Assembly (NCBI RefSeq): GCF_018350175.1
Contig: NC_058368.1
Location: forward strand, 103,046,001 to 103,110,000
Source: Felis catus
Lineage: Eukaryota
Length of the DNA: 64,000 nt
Reading direction: 5' to 3'
Below are positions 26,225-39,123 of the stretch, piece after piece. How positions within the stretch are numbered: position 1 is the stretch's first letter; each line of letters starts with the position of its first letter. Position numbers and translations under genes: made by a program. A model generated the notes under the pieces. The model made no database searches, was not told the origin of the DNA, and saw only the letters and a list, made by a program, of their open reading frames with translations.

Positions 26225-26535
26225 GAGACCTTGAGTCATTCCACGAAGGTGGTCCATAGCCAGAAATAAAGGCAGCACGGAGCAGCTAAGAGTTCTTCTT
26301 TTAACCCAGTGGGAGCTTTTAGAGGATTCTGAGCCAGTTAACTTTGCTGAGTCACTCTCCAGGAGAGATACAAGTCCTTCATCCTGAGCAATAAAAGTTT
26401 TATTGAAAAGGCAACAACGACCACTGCTTAGCATTTCCTTCTTCGCACTCTTCTTTAAATTTCACTTTGGTTAATGGCTGAGACCAAATCCTACCTCCAG
26501 ATATATAACTGCATGAGTAGAAATGTGGTTGTCCA
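26225..26535. promoter_or_regulatory. Candidate AP-1/NRF2/TEAD enhancer
   Basis: TGAGTCA overlapping CATTCC (26232-26242), TGCTGAGTCAC (26345-26355), TGTGGTT (26524-26530) in repeat-free DNA. Confidence 0.35.
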
Positions 26536-29500
26536 TCCTCACTTGGTGTGGGACTTCTGCATTTATGCTAAGTTGCTTTACCCAACTCTCTAACCAGTGC
26601 TTGGGTGCACCAAAATGGCCAACTACAGGTTAAGCCATAGTTAGAGAGTCTCAGCTTGACTATTTCTGAGTTTAACCGTAAAATGGATGTATAGTGTTTG
26701 CATGGATCAGAACATTTTGGGCCACAGCAGATTTTACCTCTTGTCCAGAGGACTTCCCCGACCAGGTACTCTTGGGAAGCTGCCTGGGGAAAGTCTGAGA
26801 GCACAGCGGAGTGTAAATGGGATGGAAAACCCCTCAAATTGATGGCAAACGTTTGTAAAAGACTATGTCCAACTCTTGAAAGTGAGGCTGACATCTCAGT
26901 CTTCTGTCCTTTGCGTCTATCTTGCAAGTGCACCCTGGGAAAGCAGGAGGAACTCAGAGGAAAAGACAGAGACTTTATGACCTTGTCCCCTGGTGAAGTA
27001 TCAAGGTCTGTGTGGGCTGGGGTGTGTGACTCGTAGAATAACCCAAGTCTTGATCTGCCCTCTGAGCGTTTATGTAGCGTTCGCGCTTTCCACCAAAGAA
27101 AGAGCCCGTGAGCTCATTTGGGGCAGGGGATGTTACGTCCACCAGGGTCCTAACAAGATGGCACACTCAAGCTAGGACAGTTCAAAGAGGCTTTAAAGGA
27201 GGAAGAAAGACGCTGGCAAGGGGTGGTACGGCATCTGGGATAGTAAATGAGTGGCTGTTACCACCCTAAGCTCAAAGAAAGCTGAAAGCAAGGAGTCCAG
27301 AGCCTTTCAGAGCAGTCAGGTGGAAGCAGGCAGGCCAGAGAGGAGGAGAGGGTGCTCTTACCTCCCTTGCCTCTCCTGTCGTGGAACCTCAGCAGCGGAG
27401 CCAGAGGGGGAAGCCAGAGAGCTCGGAATCCTGAGATGCCCCCCGAGCAGAAAGCACGGTACAGAAGGGCAGAGAGCAGATCCGTGAGAAGCAAACAGAA
27501 CCCCACCCCCCAGCACAGACACGTTACCTTGCCTCTTCTAAATCCACAGCACCTGGCCTCGGCAGAAAGCTGTTTGATTGAAAGGTTGCTCTTGGCATCT
27601 CAATGGCTCTTTTTCCCTTATCTGTATAGTCGCAATGCACCTGCCTGCTTCCAGGGCCCACAGGAAGGGAATGGCTTATATCTATTTGAGGTGCCCTAAA
27701 AGAACCTGACTACAGGAATGATTTGAAAGCATAATTTAAACCGAAGCAATAACAGACCCCTAAAAGCCTTGATCAAGAGTCCTAAATAAATTCACCTTCT
27801 GTAATTGCCAGTACACGTCTATGTCCTCAACTTTATGAACCAACTCCAGCATCCCGGAGTTTACATCCTTCCTTGATCAATCTTCAGTAAGGAATTTACT
27901 TCTCTAATAACAAGCTTCTCAACATCACGCAGGTCCCAGAATGACCATCAAACAGAGGCAATGTGAACAGCTGGGACTATCTGATGGTAGTAAACACAGA
28001 TGTGCCTGACAGGACATTAACTGCTTAGCGCATTGATGTAACCGACTTCCCAATGTTCGGCGAGGCTTTGTAGTCCCTGAGATGCTACTGCCTGGGTATA
28101 ACGATTGCTGTGTTCCCCATCCGCTCTTTGGCAAAGGTATTTCCGCAGCATTCGATGCAGGGCTTCAGCTCGGTGTTAATTATGAGATCAGCTCAAGGCC
28201 TGTGATTTAGAGCCCGGGCTCCCAACCCTTTCAGTAATTCAGTTCCCGCAAGTCTGTGTTATTGGCTCCTGAATGCACTTGCTTAAGCTAATTAAAAAAT
28301 AAGCTGAAGAAATTCATTTCTTATGCGAAATTAAATCTGATACACACAATGAATATTGCACCTTGTCATGTTCATTTCTAGCTCAATTCTACCTTTTAGT
28401 GTTCATTTTGCAGTTAGAGATTCCCGTTTTAAAACAAATGTTTGTATTCTCCAAGAGACAGACCGGCCTTTTGTGCAAATATTTGGGTTATAAACAACTT
28501 TGATAAAGCATTAAAGGTTTTTAATGTTCTTTTGTGGCATGATCAGTCAACCAACATCACCATTGCAACCGACAAATTGATAGTCTCTTGATGAAATGCG
28601 AATGATCCTCCAAATAATCTCTCCTTTGCATAGGAAAATGGCATTGGGGGGCTTGATAGGCAGGAGGTATCAGCGATGATAAGGTGATGAGTGGCGACTG
28701 TAATCTCTACCCTGTCCTACCCAATGCACCTAATAGCAGAATGTCATGTATATATGTTTGCGGTATAGGCTGATGAAATTAAGAGCAGGCTTTGGCAAGA
28801 AACAAAATCTCCTTTCATTGTTTTAATCCAAACAGACACATAAAAGCCACCCAGCTTCAGACCAGTGTTCTGTGTGTCTGTTTATGGCGAGGTTTCCAGA
28901 AGATCTAATAGAGAAAAATCTCAGGGCAGGGTCATTTCTAACATCTCTAACCTGAGCCAACGGTCTTGGAAATGCATTCGTCAGGCACAGGCTCTACTGA
29001 CCAGTGAAATACATCACTGCCCTTGAAAATCCTCCAAGTAGCCTCAGACTGCTGTTAAGGGGCCAAGAGTGTCACTGTCACATAAAACACTTGACAAAAA
29101 CTTGGAAAAACGAGAGTACTCTTTTCTATCAGAGAATTGCTAAAGTCAGGACAGCAAGCAGGTTTTCTCTCTTAGCCATTCTTGTTATTCAAAACAGTTC
29201 TATGAAGCCATGGTCTCTGTCACTGTTGGGTGAATCCCAGGTTCAAGGGAAAAGAGGCTTTGGATCAGCTGGGAGGTGCTGAAGGAGTGAGGCTGGGATG
29301 TTGTGTCATCCTCTCCTCTGGCAGCTTCTACCCTCTGCTTTCCAGGAACTGAGATCAACCAATGTTCCTTAAAGTGGAATTTCGTGTTTCACAGATGATA
29401 TATGTGGGGATTTTAGCGTAATGATTGCACAGATATCATGCCTATATACATTTACATGGATTTGTAGAAATAGAACGTAGCACATATAATTCCAAAGGAA

Positions 29501-29544
29501 GTCACAGAATTTGGCTCAGTAAAAAAAGTGATTTAATTTAATGC

Positions 29545-29762
29545 TTATTTAAATTTTTTTAATGTTTACTCATTTTTGAGAGAGAGAGAGTGTGTGCGCA
29601 AGGGGGGAGGGGCAGAGAGGGAGGGAGACACAGAATCGGAGGTAGGTTCTAGGCTCTGAGCTGTCAGCACAGAGCCCAACGCGAGGCTCAGACCTCTGAA
29701 CCATGAGATCATGACCTGAGCCAAAGTCTGACGCTCAACTGACTGAGCCACCCAGGAGCCCC
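29545..29762 (-). mobile_element. Can-SINE
   Basis: TSD taatttaatg at 29534-29543 and 29763-29772. Confidence 0.95.
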
Positions 29763-30935
29763 TAATTTAATGTGAATTTAAAGAAAAATATCTAAGTTCA
29801 TAGCACAGGTGGTAAATATGGCAAAATATTATAGTTGGAAAATAAACTATTCAATACTTTGGAAAAATTATACTAAACTATAGGAATGCAGAGATAAATA
29901 CAAGCTTGAATTCTTTTTTTCCTCTCTCGACTTCAACCAATTTTCACTCTCATATCGGGGTCAGCTACGGTTTTAAGAGGAGTCATCTTAACTATTATCA
30001 TTCTTTGGCTCCGAAAAACATGGCAGCTTTTTGAATCCCTAAATGTTATGGGGGGGGGGGGAGGGCCCTAGCAGAGAAGCAAGGTAACTTCTGCACCACC
30101 TCCTCCAATAATTGGCTGACTCGGTCATCAGTCCCCAGAGGAGGGAGTCACAGCAGTTATAATCCTACAGCACTCTCAGCAGGCCACAGTGATAAGTTAT
30201 TAATGTACACTGGGAATTCTAACTATTAACTGGTTTGGAATACGTGAGTCAACCCATTAGGTACCCTTCTCCCACTGGGGAAAGTAAATTAACATCAGAA
30301 GGCCGCTTGGTGATTAATGAATCAAAACAAAAGGGACTGAATGGCTTTAAGAGTTTGGTTCCAAGAGGTCTTTTGGAAGTCAATCAGTTGCTTGATTTGA
30401 AATTCTTCCTCTGGCTCTGTTTATATGTATGTAATTTTTTCTTTCATACCCAGGGGGTTTATCATACATTTAGGCACTCAGGCCAGTCTACACAATAACT
30501 CCCTCTTTTTGGGAAGGGAGTGTAGTCACACGTAGATTTTTTTTTTCCTTTTAATACTAGCATTTGGTAAAGGTAGTGTGGGATAATCATAAGCTCTACT
30601 TCAATTTCGGGACATCCTCAAGACCCCGGCTCTGTGGGATGTTGTTACAGGAGGGAAAGCGTGGGGTCTATAGGTAGAGGTTGGTGAGGAGATAGGCTGG
30701 ATGCTATTAATGGAACCATGGTGGGAGAGGTGATGGAGGAATAGCATTAGGGCCCTGCTGACCCTTCTCTGATCTCTTAGAGGCCACCAAGTAGGTGGGT
30801 GGTAATGGTGTACTGACTGCTATCATAGTCAGCAGCAGGCCAAACAGAATGGATAAAGTGCCAGGAAATCCCAGTGAAGGAAGTTCGGGCCAAGATGTCA
30901 GTTCCCAGAGCTCGAAAAATATACTCCAAGTCTTT

Positions 30936-31165
30936 TTTTTTTTTTTTTTTTTAATTTTTTTTTTCAACATTTATTTATTTTTGGGACAGAGAGAGACAGA
31001 GCATGAACGGGGGAGGGGCAGAGAGAGAGGGAGACACAGAATCGGAAACAGGCTCCAGGCTCTGAGCCACCAGCCCAGAGCCCGACGCGGGGCTCGAACT
31101 CACGGACCGCGAGATCATGACCTGGCTGAAGTCGGACGCTTAACCGACTGCCACCCAGGCGCCCC
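30936..31165 (-). mobile_element. Young SINEC_Fc-type SINE
   Basis: TSD atactccaagtcttt at 30921-30935 and 31167-31181. Confidence 0.97.
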
Positions 31166-31429
31166 AATACTCCAAGTCTTTAAGCACAAAAAGACATACA
31201 TGCCCACCCACGCCCTGACATACCATGTGTTCCTAAACATAAAAACGATAGCGAGATGTTAAACTTATAAAGGATACCTAAAAGAAGTTATGGCCTTATT
31301 TTTTACACGATGACAACAATTCTTTTTTTAAATATTTCAAATACAAACTACTTTTGAAAACTGCATATGCTTAGTTTGACATCTCAGGATTCTGTAATGC
31401 TGGTCTGTAAGTCTCTGGGACTGTTCTCA

Positions 31430-31945
31430 CTACTCAGACCTCAACTCCTCCAGCCCTATGAGGATAGGGTCTGTCACCTCGTTGCCTGCCCGATAGACAC
31501 AGGGCTCTAAGCATTGTAGGAACTAATACATATTTGCGAGTGGACAGGCTGACAAATTAAATGAACCCAACATCCATTAAAGGAAAATTTCACCCACTCC
31601 TTCCCATCAAGTTGGAGGCAGAGTACAAACAGGAGGTAGAGTCCATCTCACTACCGGGGCTGGAAGGTCAATGACACATCCTATTTTCTACAGCTTTCAT
31701 TTTTTAGATTTCATGTTTTTGGAATAGTTATATTATTTTTTGGTAACACTCTCTAATTGCCACCTGGTTGCCCTTTATTACATTAATTTCAATCAGACAT
31801 TGACTTTCCCTTTGAGCTGTTGATCTTCCCTGTTATGTGGCTGACTCTATGAGGAGAGGAGATATGGCCATCTCATTTTATAGCTGTATCACCACGGACC
31901 GACACAGAGTAAAAGATCGATACGTATTTGTTGAATAAATAGATG
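31430..31945 (+). mobile_element. Two L2 3'-end remnants (about 31430-31565 and 31830-31945)
   Basis: ctatgaggatagggtctgtc...gtaggaactaatacatatttg; acacagagtaaaagatcgatacgtatttgttgaataaat. Confidence 0.55.
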
Positions 31946-31997
31946 ATGGCCATCTCCTTGTTTCCTCCCTCTTTTTCCCCACTGGACCCCTCTAAAC

Positions 31998-32130
31998 AGG
32001 GTGACCATGGAGTTTGTCATTGAGATCAGGAAACTTTTTTGAGTCAAAGGAGATTCTCTTGGTGGTTATACAAAGGACAAAGACAAAATCTGCAACTGTC
32101 CTCCCAAACTGGGACATGTGATAGTGCTAC
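31998..32130. mobile_element. MER94-like hAT-Blackjack relic
   Basis: agggtgaccat terminus; actgtcctcccaaactgggacatgtg. Confidence 0.55.
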
Positions 32131-32646
32131 CTTGACAGGTTGCTTCCATTCCCCCCTCACCCCCAGTACTTTCTTAATGATTGGAAGAAATGGGCAAATG
32201 AGTTTTAGATAGCAGATGTCAGGAATCGCATGCATTTCATTATTGCTTTTATGCCCAACAGCCAATAAGTTGCCAATGATGCTTGCCCCCATCTGAAGAC
32301 CTCACAAAGTTCTCTGGCTATTTATGCTTTGTTTTGTTTTTGTTTTTATTTTTAAGGATCTGTTGTTATTAGGACTGGCTTTCTGGGTGATTCAGAATTT
32401 CTCGATCCTGAAAAAGTCTTGCTCCCTGTTTCTCATTCTCCAATCATCCCGTGTAGTTATTGTAGACTTCCTGTCCCAGGCCCTTGTCTCAGTGAACTGT
32501 TTGGCTTCTGCCATTCTGCCAACTGCATTCTGGAGGTCCTGCTGCCAACTTCCGGCCTCCTGGTGACAAGCCCCAGGTTTCAACAGGGCAGATGGGCCGG
32601 GTTGGACTTGGCTGAAACTCTTACCCTTCGGAAGTGACACGGAAGC

Positions 32647-32855
32647 AGGGCACCTGGGTGGTTCCATCGGTGAAGTGTCCGACTTCGGCTCAGGTCATGT
32701 CTTATGGTCCGTGGGTTTGAGCCCTGCATCAGTCTCTCTTCTGTCAGCACACAGCCTGCCTTGGATTCTCTGTCCCTTTCTCTCTGCCCCTCCCCTGCTC
32801 ATGTGTGCTCACTCTCTCTCTCTCCTTCAAAAATAAATAAACATAAAAAAAAAAA
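32647..32855 (+). mobile_element. Can-SINE
   Basis: TSD gaagtgacacggaagc / gaagtgatatggaagc. Confidence 0.94.
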
Positions 32856-34574
32856 GAAGTGATATGGAAGCTTGTCTGTTGCTCTCCCCTTGGAGAGGTA
32901 TATGCCTTGGACATATACCTGGTCCAGAAATGGACTAGAAGAGAATACTCTCACCTTCAAAAGGAATGTAGACCACTACTTATCAGGTAAGACAGCTTTC
33001 TTCATAATTGGTACCTGTCATGTAGCAGAACTTGGAAAAAATTCCATCAGGTTGTACGATATGGATTATTGGGGAAATTTTTAAAGCACACATCATGAAG
33101 AAGAGAAAGCCTACAGACTCCTTCCTTTCCCTGCTATATCACGAGCTCTAGACAGTCTGGGAAAACTGCTGGTCACACAGTGGATTTTTGTTCTACTTGG
33201 TCTCCATTCTTACAAGGTAGGCATGAGAATATGGTTATTGTCAGTGCAAGCAGACTGTGAGGGTGCCAGGCAGTCTGAATTTTACATTTCAGCTGTTTAC
33301 AGGTGTCGTCTGGGAAAGACAGCTTCCAGACCTAGGGGAGTCCACGCCCCTGGGACCCTGGGTCTGGCTAAGGTGAGGAATTTCCCGGGCCCATGGGAGG
33401 TTGACTAGTAAGCACGGCTCAAAACACAAACTGTAGACGCTGTGTGATTCACATCCCACCTCCCCGCTCTACAGGGAGTCAGCGTGACTAGAGCTTAGTA
33501 GTTTCAAATAAAAAAATACAAGTAACTCTACATGATTTCAATCTAAAAAACACAGGCTATAGGCCTTCCTATTGTTTTATTACAAAAGCAACTTCATTGC
33601 TTTCTTGATTCCCTTTTAATAGAGGCAGTAATAAAAGTAAAATGGAAATGAAAGTTGATGGATGGTCTATAGGAACCTCCTTCCCGGACAGAAAACAAGA
33701 CATACAAATAGAAATATTAATCAATGCTCTGAGCCTAGTTCAGGTGCTAAGCTGTAGAATGTAATACATCCCACAGCTTAATTATTATTTTTTACGGGTA
33801 TAGTGGCCCAGGGTACCCCAGGCAATTGCATCAATAAAAATCTTCTGCCAGAGTAGGTTCAGCATTGTGTTACTTTTCTGCCAGGTGAACAGCTTTGGGT
33901 TTATATGAGATTCATGCTAATAGCGTGAGCGGGGTGTCTGGATGTTCATTGTAAATGTACAGTTGAAGACACCTGCATTCAGTTCCCAAGTTGGGCCTCA
34001 GTTTTGTTCTGGAAATGTGCCTGCTCACACCAAAAAAGATGTCAGTTGAACTGAGCCATGTGATGCTACATAAAATCAAGCTTGCTACAAAAATAAATTG
34101 GCTGAAACAAATGCTTTCATCAGAAATGTCACTACTGAACAAGAAATAAAAGAGATATTTTTTTCCTCCTGGGCAAGAGCAGTGGATAACAAAGAATATT
34201 TTTCCTAGTATTAAATTTTAAATATAATTCTTTTTCTACAGAGAATTAGCATTTGTTTAAGGCATGTAAAGTAGATCAAAATTTCTCTCATCTAACAAGG
34301 AACTTTTAGAAAAATAATTTATTTTAATGTAGCTATACTTTGTAGGAAGAAATGAAAAAAACTACAGGGGAAACCATGCCAGAGCATTTCTTCTCCCCTC
34401 TAGGTTGTCATATTATTGTAACCTATTGTCGCTAATTATATTATATTCTCCTAGTATGTAAGGCTAGGTTCTCCAGGCTGGCTTCTAAGGATTATAAAGG
34501 AAATGCTCACAGGTCATCAAGAATGTGAGAAAAATAAAAGAGATATAAAAGAGATTCAAGGAACTCTGTCTTCA

Positions 34575-34596
34575 TCTTTTTCTTTCTTTTTTTCCC

Positions 34597-34639
<43 letters not shown>

Positions 34640-34806
34640 GAGAGACAAAGAGCCTGTGGGCAGGGGAGGGGCACAGAGAGAGGGAGACAGAGAATCCCAA
34701 GCAGGCCCCACACTATCAGTATAGAGCCAGATTCAGGCCTCAAACTCAAGACCTGTGTCGAAACTGAGTTGGACGCTTCACCGATTGGGCCACTCAGGCG
34801 TCACCC
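34575..34806 (-). mobile_element. Older Can-SINE with (TTTA)n tail and internal deletion
   Basis: SINE body lacking the gagatcatgacctgagc segment. Confidence 0.88.
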
Positions 34807-35664
34807 TCTTCCTCCTCTTCTAAAAACATTCTTTCTACGTGCATTAAACACTTACTTCCCCCAAACTGGGAACCTTCCAATACTGGCTGTCAATGTCAAG
34901 TTCAAAATACTTGACTCACCTAGGGAAACAAGCTTGAAGAGAAATGCTATCCTTACATTTAATATTGTTGTTTTCCATTTCCTCCCCATAAATGTTTCAT
35001 AAAATCTACTCCGAGATACGAAAGATTTTCAGTTTCATCCCTCTGTCTTTTCATCGATGTGTGTTTCCACACCATGTGGTTTCAGCAAATACGATTAAAA
35101 GGAGATAATATTAAATGAGCTATAAATGGCAAACTTTTGAAAAGAAATGCAATGTTAATCTTGTGCATCAGGGTTGTGTCTCTGCAACTTGCAAACATAC
35201 AGATGTAAAGAGAAAAAAATGTTCCACTATCCAGATGTTAACTCGGAGAGAATTTTAAATATTGAGATGCTTTATCTATACTGTGCTAACCAGCCCAGTG
35301 TTTCTTAGTATATGACTGTTCATACTGTGTAGAAGAACAGATGGATGACTTAACAGCACCATTCATTTTTTTAGCCAGATGTTCTGCCATCATGTTGGCG
35401 AAGCCTTGCCCCAGTTTCCACAGTCGATACTCAATCTAAACTTCAGATCAGTATTGTTACATTGGTGATCTTCCCTGAAAAAGTGCTGATTTTTTTAAGT
35501 TTATGGTTATTTACTCATTCTTGTTCTGAATACGTAACTAATCTGACATGGGGAAGCTTATTACGTACTGTTAATATGTTGTTAATGAAGAGGTTATTAT
35601 ACATACCACAAATACACACACGTCCATACATATGTATCCATATAGATCATCGTGCAGTCTTTTT

Positions 35665-35888
35665 TTTTTTTTAATTTTTTTTTTCAACGTTTACTTATTT
35701 TTGGGACAGAGAGAGACAGAGCATGAACGGGCGACGGGCAGAGAGAGAGAGGGAGACACAGAATCGGAAACAGGCTCCAGGCTCTGAGCCATCAGCCCAG
35801 AGCCCGACGCGGCTCGAACTCACGGACCGGGAGATCGTGACCTGGCTGAAGTCGGACGCTTAACCGACTGCGCCACCCAGGCGCTCCC
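35665..35888 (-). mobile_element. Young SINEC_Fc-type SINE
   Basis: TSD atcgtgcagtcttttt / atcatgcagtcttttt (one CpG transition). Confidence 0.97.
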
Positions 35889-36902
35889 ATCATGCAGTCT
35901 TTTTAATCTCACGTATGAACCTTATTCAGTTCATTGGCTTACGCGTTAATAATTGGTGATGACACTGGCATATAAATAGACAAGTAGGTAAATACACATA
36001 TACATAACCTAAAATTTCACTCTTAACATAAATTCATTTCAACTGTTCTTTTGGGAGGGTATACAAAAACAATCAAGAACCTTAGGCTATTTAAAATGTT
36101 ACCTGTAGGGAGACAGGATCTCTATATAAGTTTAAAATTCGCAAGATTTATAGCCTGTGCAGCTCTTCTCTTCTTCCATAGTGAGGGCTTGCATCACTTA
36201 CAGTAGGAATTTTAAAGTGTCTTTACTTTTGCATTTCTTCAGAAGCTCCAACTTAAATATTATTGTGACAATAAATATCTCTGCTTTAAGAACCCTTCAT
36301 GAAATGTAAGAGCTTTTAACATGAAATAAATAAACGCGTTGTTCTCTGAGGTTAGGTCAGTGTGTTTGAAACGCACTGTGTTCGAATGTTAATTGAGTTT
36401 GGCATAAGCATGGATATAAAATGCATCAGTGCCACTCAACTTACCAGCAGTGAAACTGATTACCAATTCTAATCGTTGTCTGCCTGGTGACAGCATACCG
36501 AGATGGAGATGTTGAATATTTTAGTTTGTGATAGGATCATGGTTGTTTAAAGTACTGACTACGTGTTTTGCAACCAACAGAAGTAATTGGTATGCATGTA
36601 AGAACGAGCAGCCCTGAGCACATCATTTATTTAGAAAGTCTTTTGATGTAACTCTATGGGGGAAAAAGTTAATAAAACATGGTTCAAAGATAAATTTACA
36701 CTCAGCACTATAAGATGACATAACGCACAAATTATTGTAGCGAAACAACTGTTTTCTAGCAAAACATGTTCTTTATCCTTCCTTAAGCTACTCAGCCAAG
36801 CAAGAAAAACCGGGCTTGGGGGAAACAAGAGGTACACAGGTATTATTAATTCTTTTAAAGTTTTTTGCAGCAACTTGTGACAATTTTAAAAAGCAACGTT
36901 GG

Positions 36903-37128
36903 GGGGCGCCTGGGTGGCACAGTCGGTTAAGCGTCCGACTTCAGCTCAGGTCACGATCTCGCGGTCCGTGAGTTCGAGCCCCGCGTCAGGCTCTGGGCTG
37001 ATGGCTCGGAGCCTGGAGCCTGTTTCCGATTCTGTGTCTCCCTCTCTCTCTGCCCCTCCCCCGTTCATGCTCTGTCTCTCTCTGTCCCAAAAATAAATAA
37101 ACGTTGAAAAAAAAAAATTAAAAAAAAA
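36903..37128 (+). mobile_element. Young SINEC_Fc-type SINE
   Basis: TSD aaaaagcaacgttgg / aaaaagcaac-ttgg. Confidence 0.97.
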
Positions 37129-37730
37129 AAAAAGCAACTTGGGCCAACAGAGAAAAATCAAGAAGCGTGAATGAGCTCTTAAATCCTTACATTTTCTCCC
37201 ATAAATTAGGTTATGGTCCCACGGGGCAGGATGACCAGTAAGTCACTGTTGAGAAACCCTAGGAAACACATTTAGGAGGCGACAGGGTGGCCTTCTCTGA
37301 AAGGGCAGATGTAGAGGGTAGTTCCCTACACACGTCTCTCTGCAGTGAAGGCACTGACGTGCTTAGTCTCTACTCAAACAGGAAAGACATGCTACAACAA
37401 TATTAATGAGATGCCTAATTATGGCCAGAGAACTGCAGACTTCAAACGTGAGAGGCTTTAGGCAGAATCTGAGACTACAATGATGTTTTAGCAAAACGCA
37501 AAACTGCTGACAATAACAGAATGTGTTAAGAGCAGTGATGTAGGCTAGCTATGGACGAGCAGGAAGGGAAGAGGATGTCTGGGCAGACAACTGTCTATGG
37601 AGTATGACTGACTCATCTCGTCAGCTTGCGGAGAAGCGTTCCTAATCAGTGGAGGTCATGCCCAGGAGTGCTTGGGGGATTACCCCGAAAATCAGAAGGG
37701 TTGGTCTTTGGCTTTTGACTTTGAATGACA

Positions 37731-37820
37731 TGCCCGACTCGGGGCTCGAACTCACGGACCGTGAGATCATGACCTGAGCCGAAGCCGGCCGCTCAACTGG
37801 CTGAGCCACCCAGGCGCCCC
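37731..37820 (-). mobile_element. Tailless Can-SINE (tRNA-derived head only)
   Basis: 90-bp SINE 5' part with no CT tract or A tail; 22-bp TSD at 37709-37730 and 37821-37842. Confidence 0.9.
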
Positions 37821-37934
37821 TGGCTTTTGACTTTTAATGACAACTGTGTAATCCTAGGCGGGGGTTTTGATCCTTCTGAGCTTTATTCTCTTTATCTTGG
37901 ACTAGATGGCTTCCCACTCTCCTTCCACTCTCTG

Positions 37935-38171
37935 TTTTGTGTGTGTGTGTATGTTTTGAGGGAGAGAGAGAATGCATATGAGCAAGCGCATGCATGCACA
38001 TGCAGCGGGGTGGAGGGTGGGGCGAGGGGAGTGGCAAAGGGAATCTTAAGCAGGCTCCACGCCTGGCTCACTGCAGAGCCCCATGTGGGGCTGGATCTCA
38101 CGATAATGAGATCTTGACCTGAGCTGAAGTCAACAATCAGATGCTCAACCAACTGAGCCACCCAGGCACCC
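37935..38171 (-). mobile_element. Older Can-SINE
   Basis: gaatcttaagcaggctcc...ctgagccacccaggcaccc. Confidence 0.9.
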
Positions 38172-38294
38172 AGCCCCTCCCCCCTGCTTTTAATTCTTGG
38201 TTCTACAATGCCTTCTTCTCAAGAATGTTTTTGAAGTGGGAAATTCTAGGTCCAAGAAGTAGAAATGATTGGCCTGATCTAGGGCTTACCTGAA

Positions 38295-38445
38295 TCATCT
38301 CATCTAATCTTCCTAACAACCTTGTGACGTATTGCATTTCCACTTTCCAGATAAGCAAGTCCAGACTCAGTTGGCACGGACAACTCTATCGAACAGAGCC
38401 ACGGTTCAAATCCAGGCAGTTTGGCTCCAGAGTCTGGGTGCCCAA
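38295..38445 (-). mobile_element. MIR
   Basis: taatcttcctaacaaccttgtga...cagagccacggttcaaatccaggcagtttggctccagag. Confidence 0.8.
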
Positions 38446-39123
38446 CATCAAAAAATACTGCAGTGAAGGTCTGTGCTTGGCCCCATCTTTTCTGATGACT
38501 GTGACCCTTGCATTTTGTGATCAAGTCACTAGCCATGGGGGGTGGCTAGGCTGTTTCTACCTTAGACCTCTTACGAATCAGATTGTCAACAGGAGAAATT
38601 CTGTCTTTAGGTCTGCTGAGTGCCTCTGAGGAACTCTCCCACACATCTCCTCTTGTGATCCTTTGATCCCTGTCACTGGGCTTCAGCGTTTAAAGCCTCT
38701 ATGTCAATAGTATTTAATTTAATCAGCCCCACCTTCATCAAGCAGCGTATTATGACCGGAAGCTTATGCTGGAGCTCCTATTAACTTGCACTGTTAAACT
38801 GAGGACTTGAGGATAGAGAATGGCCACTTCGGGCAAAAATACGACTATAAAACAAAAGCTAATAACTGGAAAAATGCTGGACCTTTCCCCTTCCTACCTA
38901 CACTTCTGTGCTCCTGCTGAGACTGCACTTCTGCCTGAAGGACTCACACCCGTTCATCAGCCACAGCCTGCTTTCGCCTTTGCAGGCCTGCTCATAATCT
39001 CCACCACTACTCTCTTGTCCTTACAGAGGTCAGTGTAAAGAACACGTCTCAGAAGTTTATGGCTACAGTAAAGCTAAACAAGTAACGTTTCATCAACTGT
39101 TATCTAACGCTGGATACTAAAGA

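Noticed and set aside
36359..36379. Near-palindrome cagtgtgtttgaaacgcactg, and a weak long-range stem at 59408-59511
   Set aside because: Too short or imperfect for a miRNA or structured RNA call
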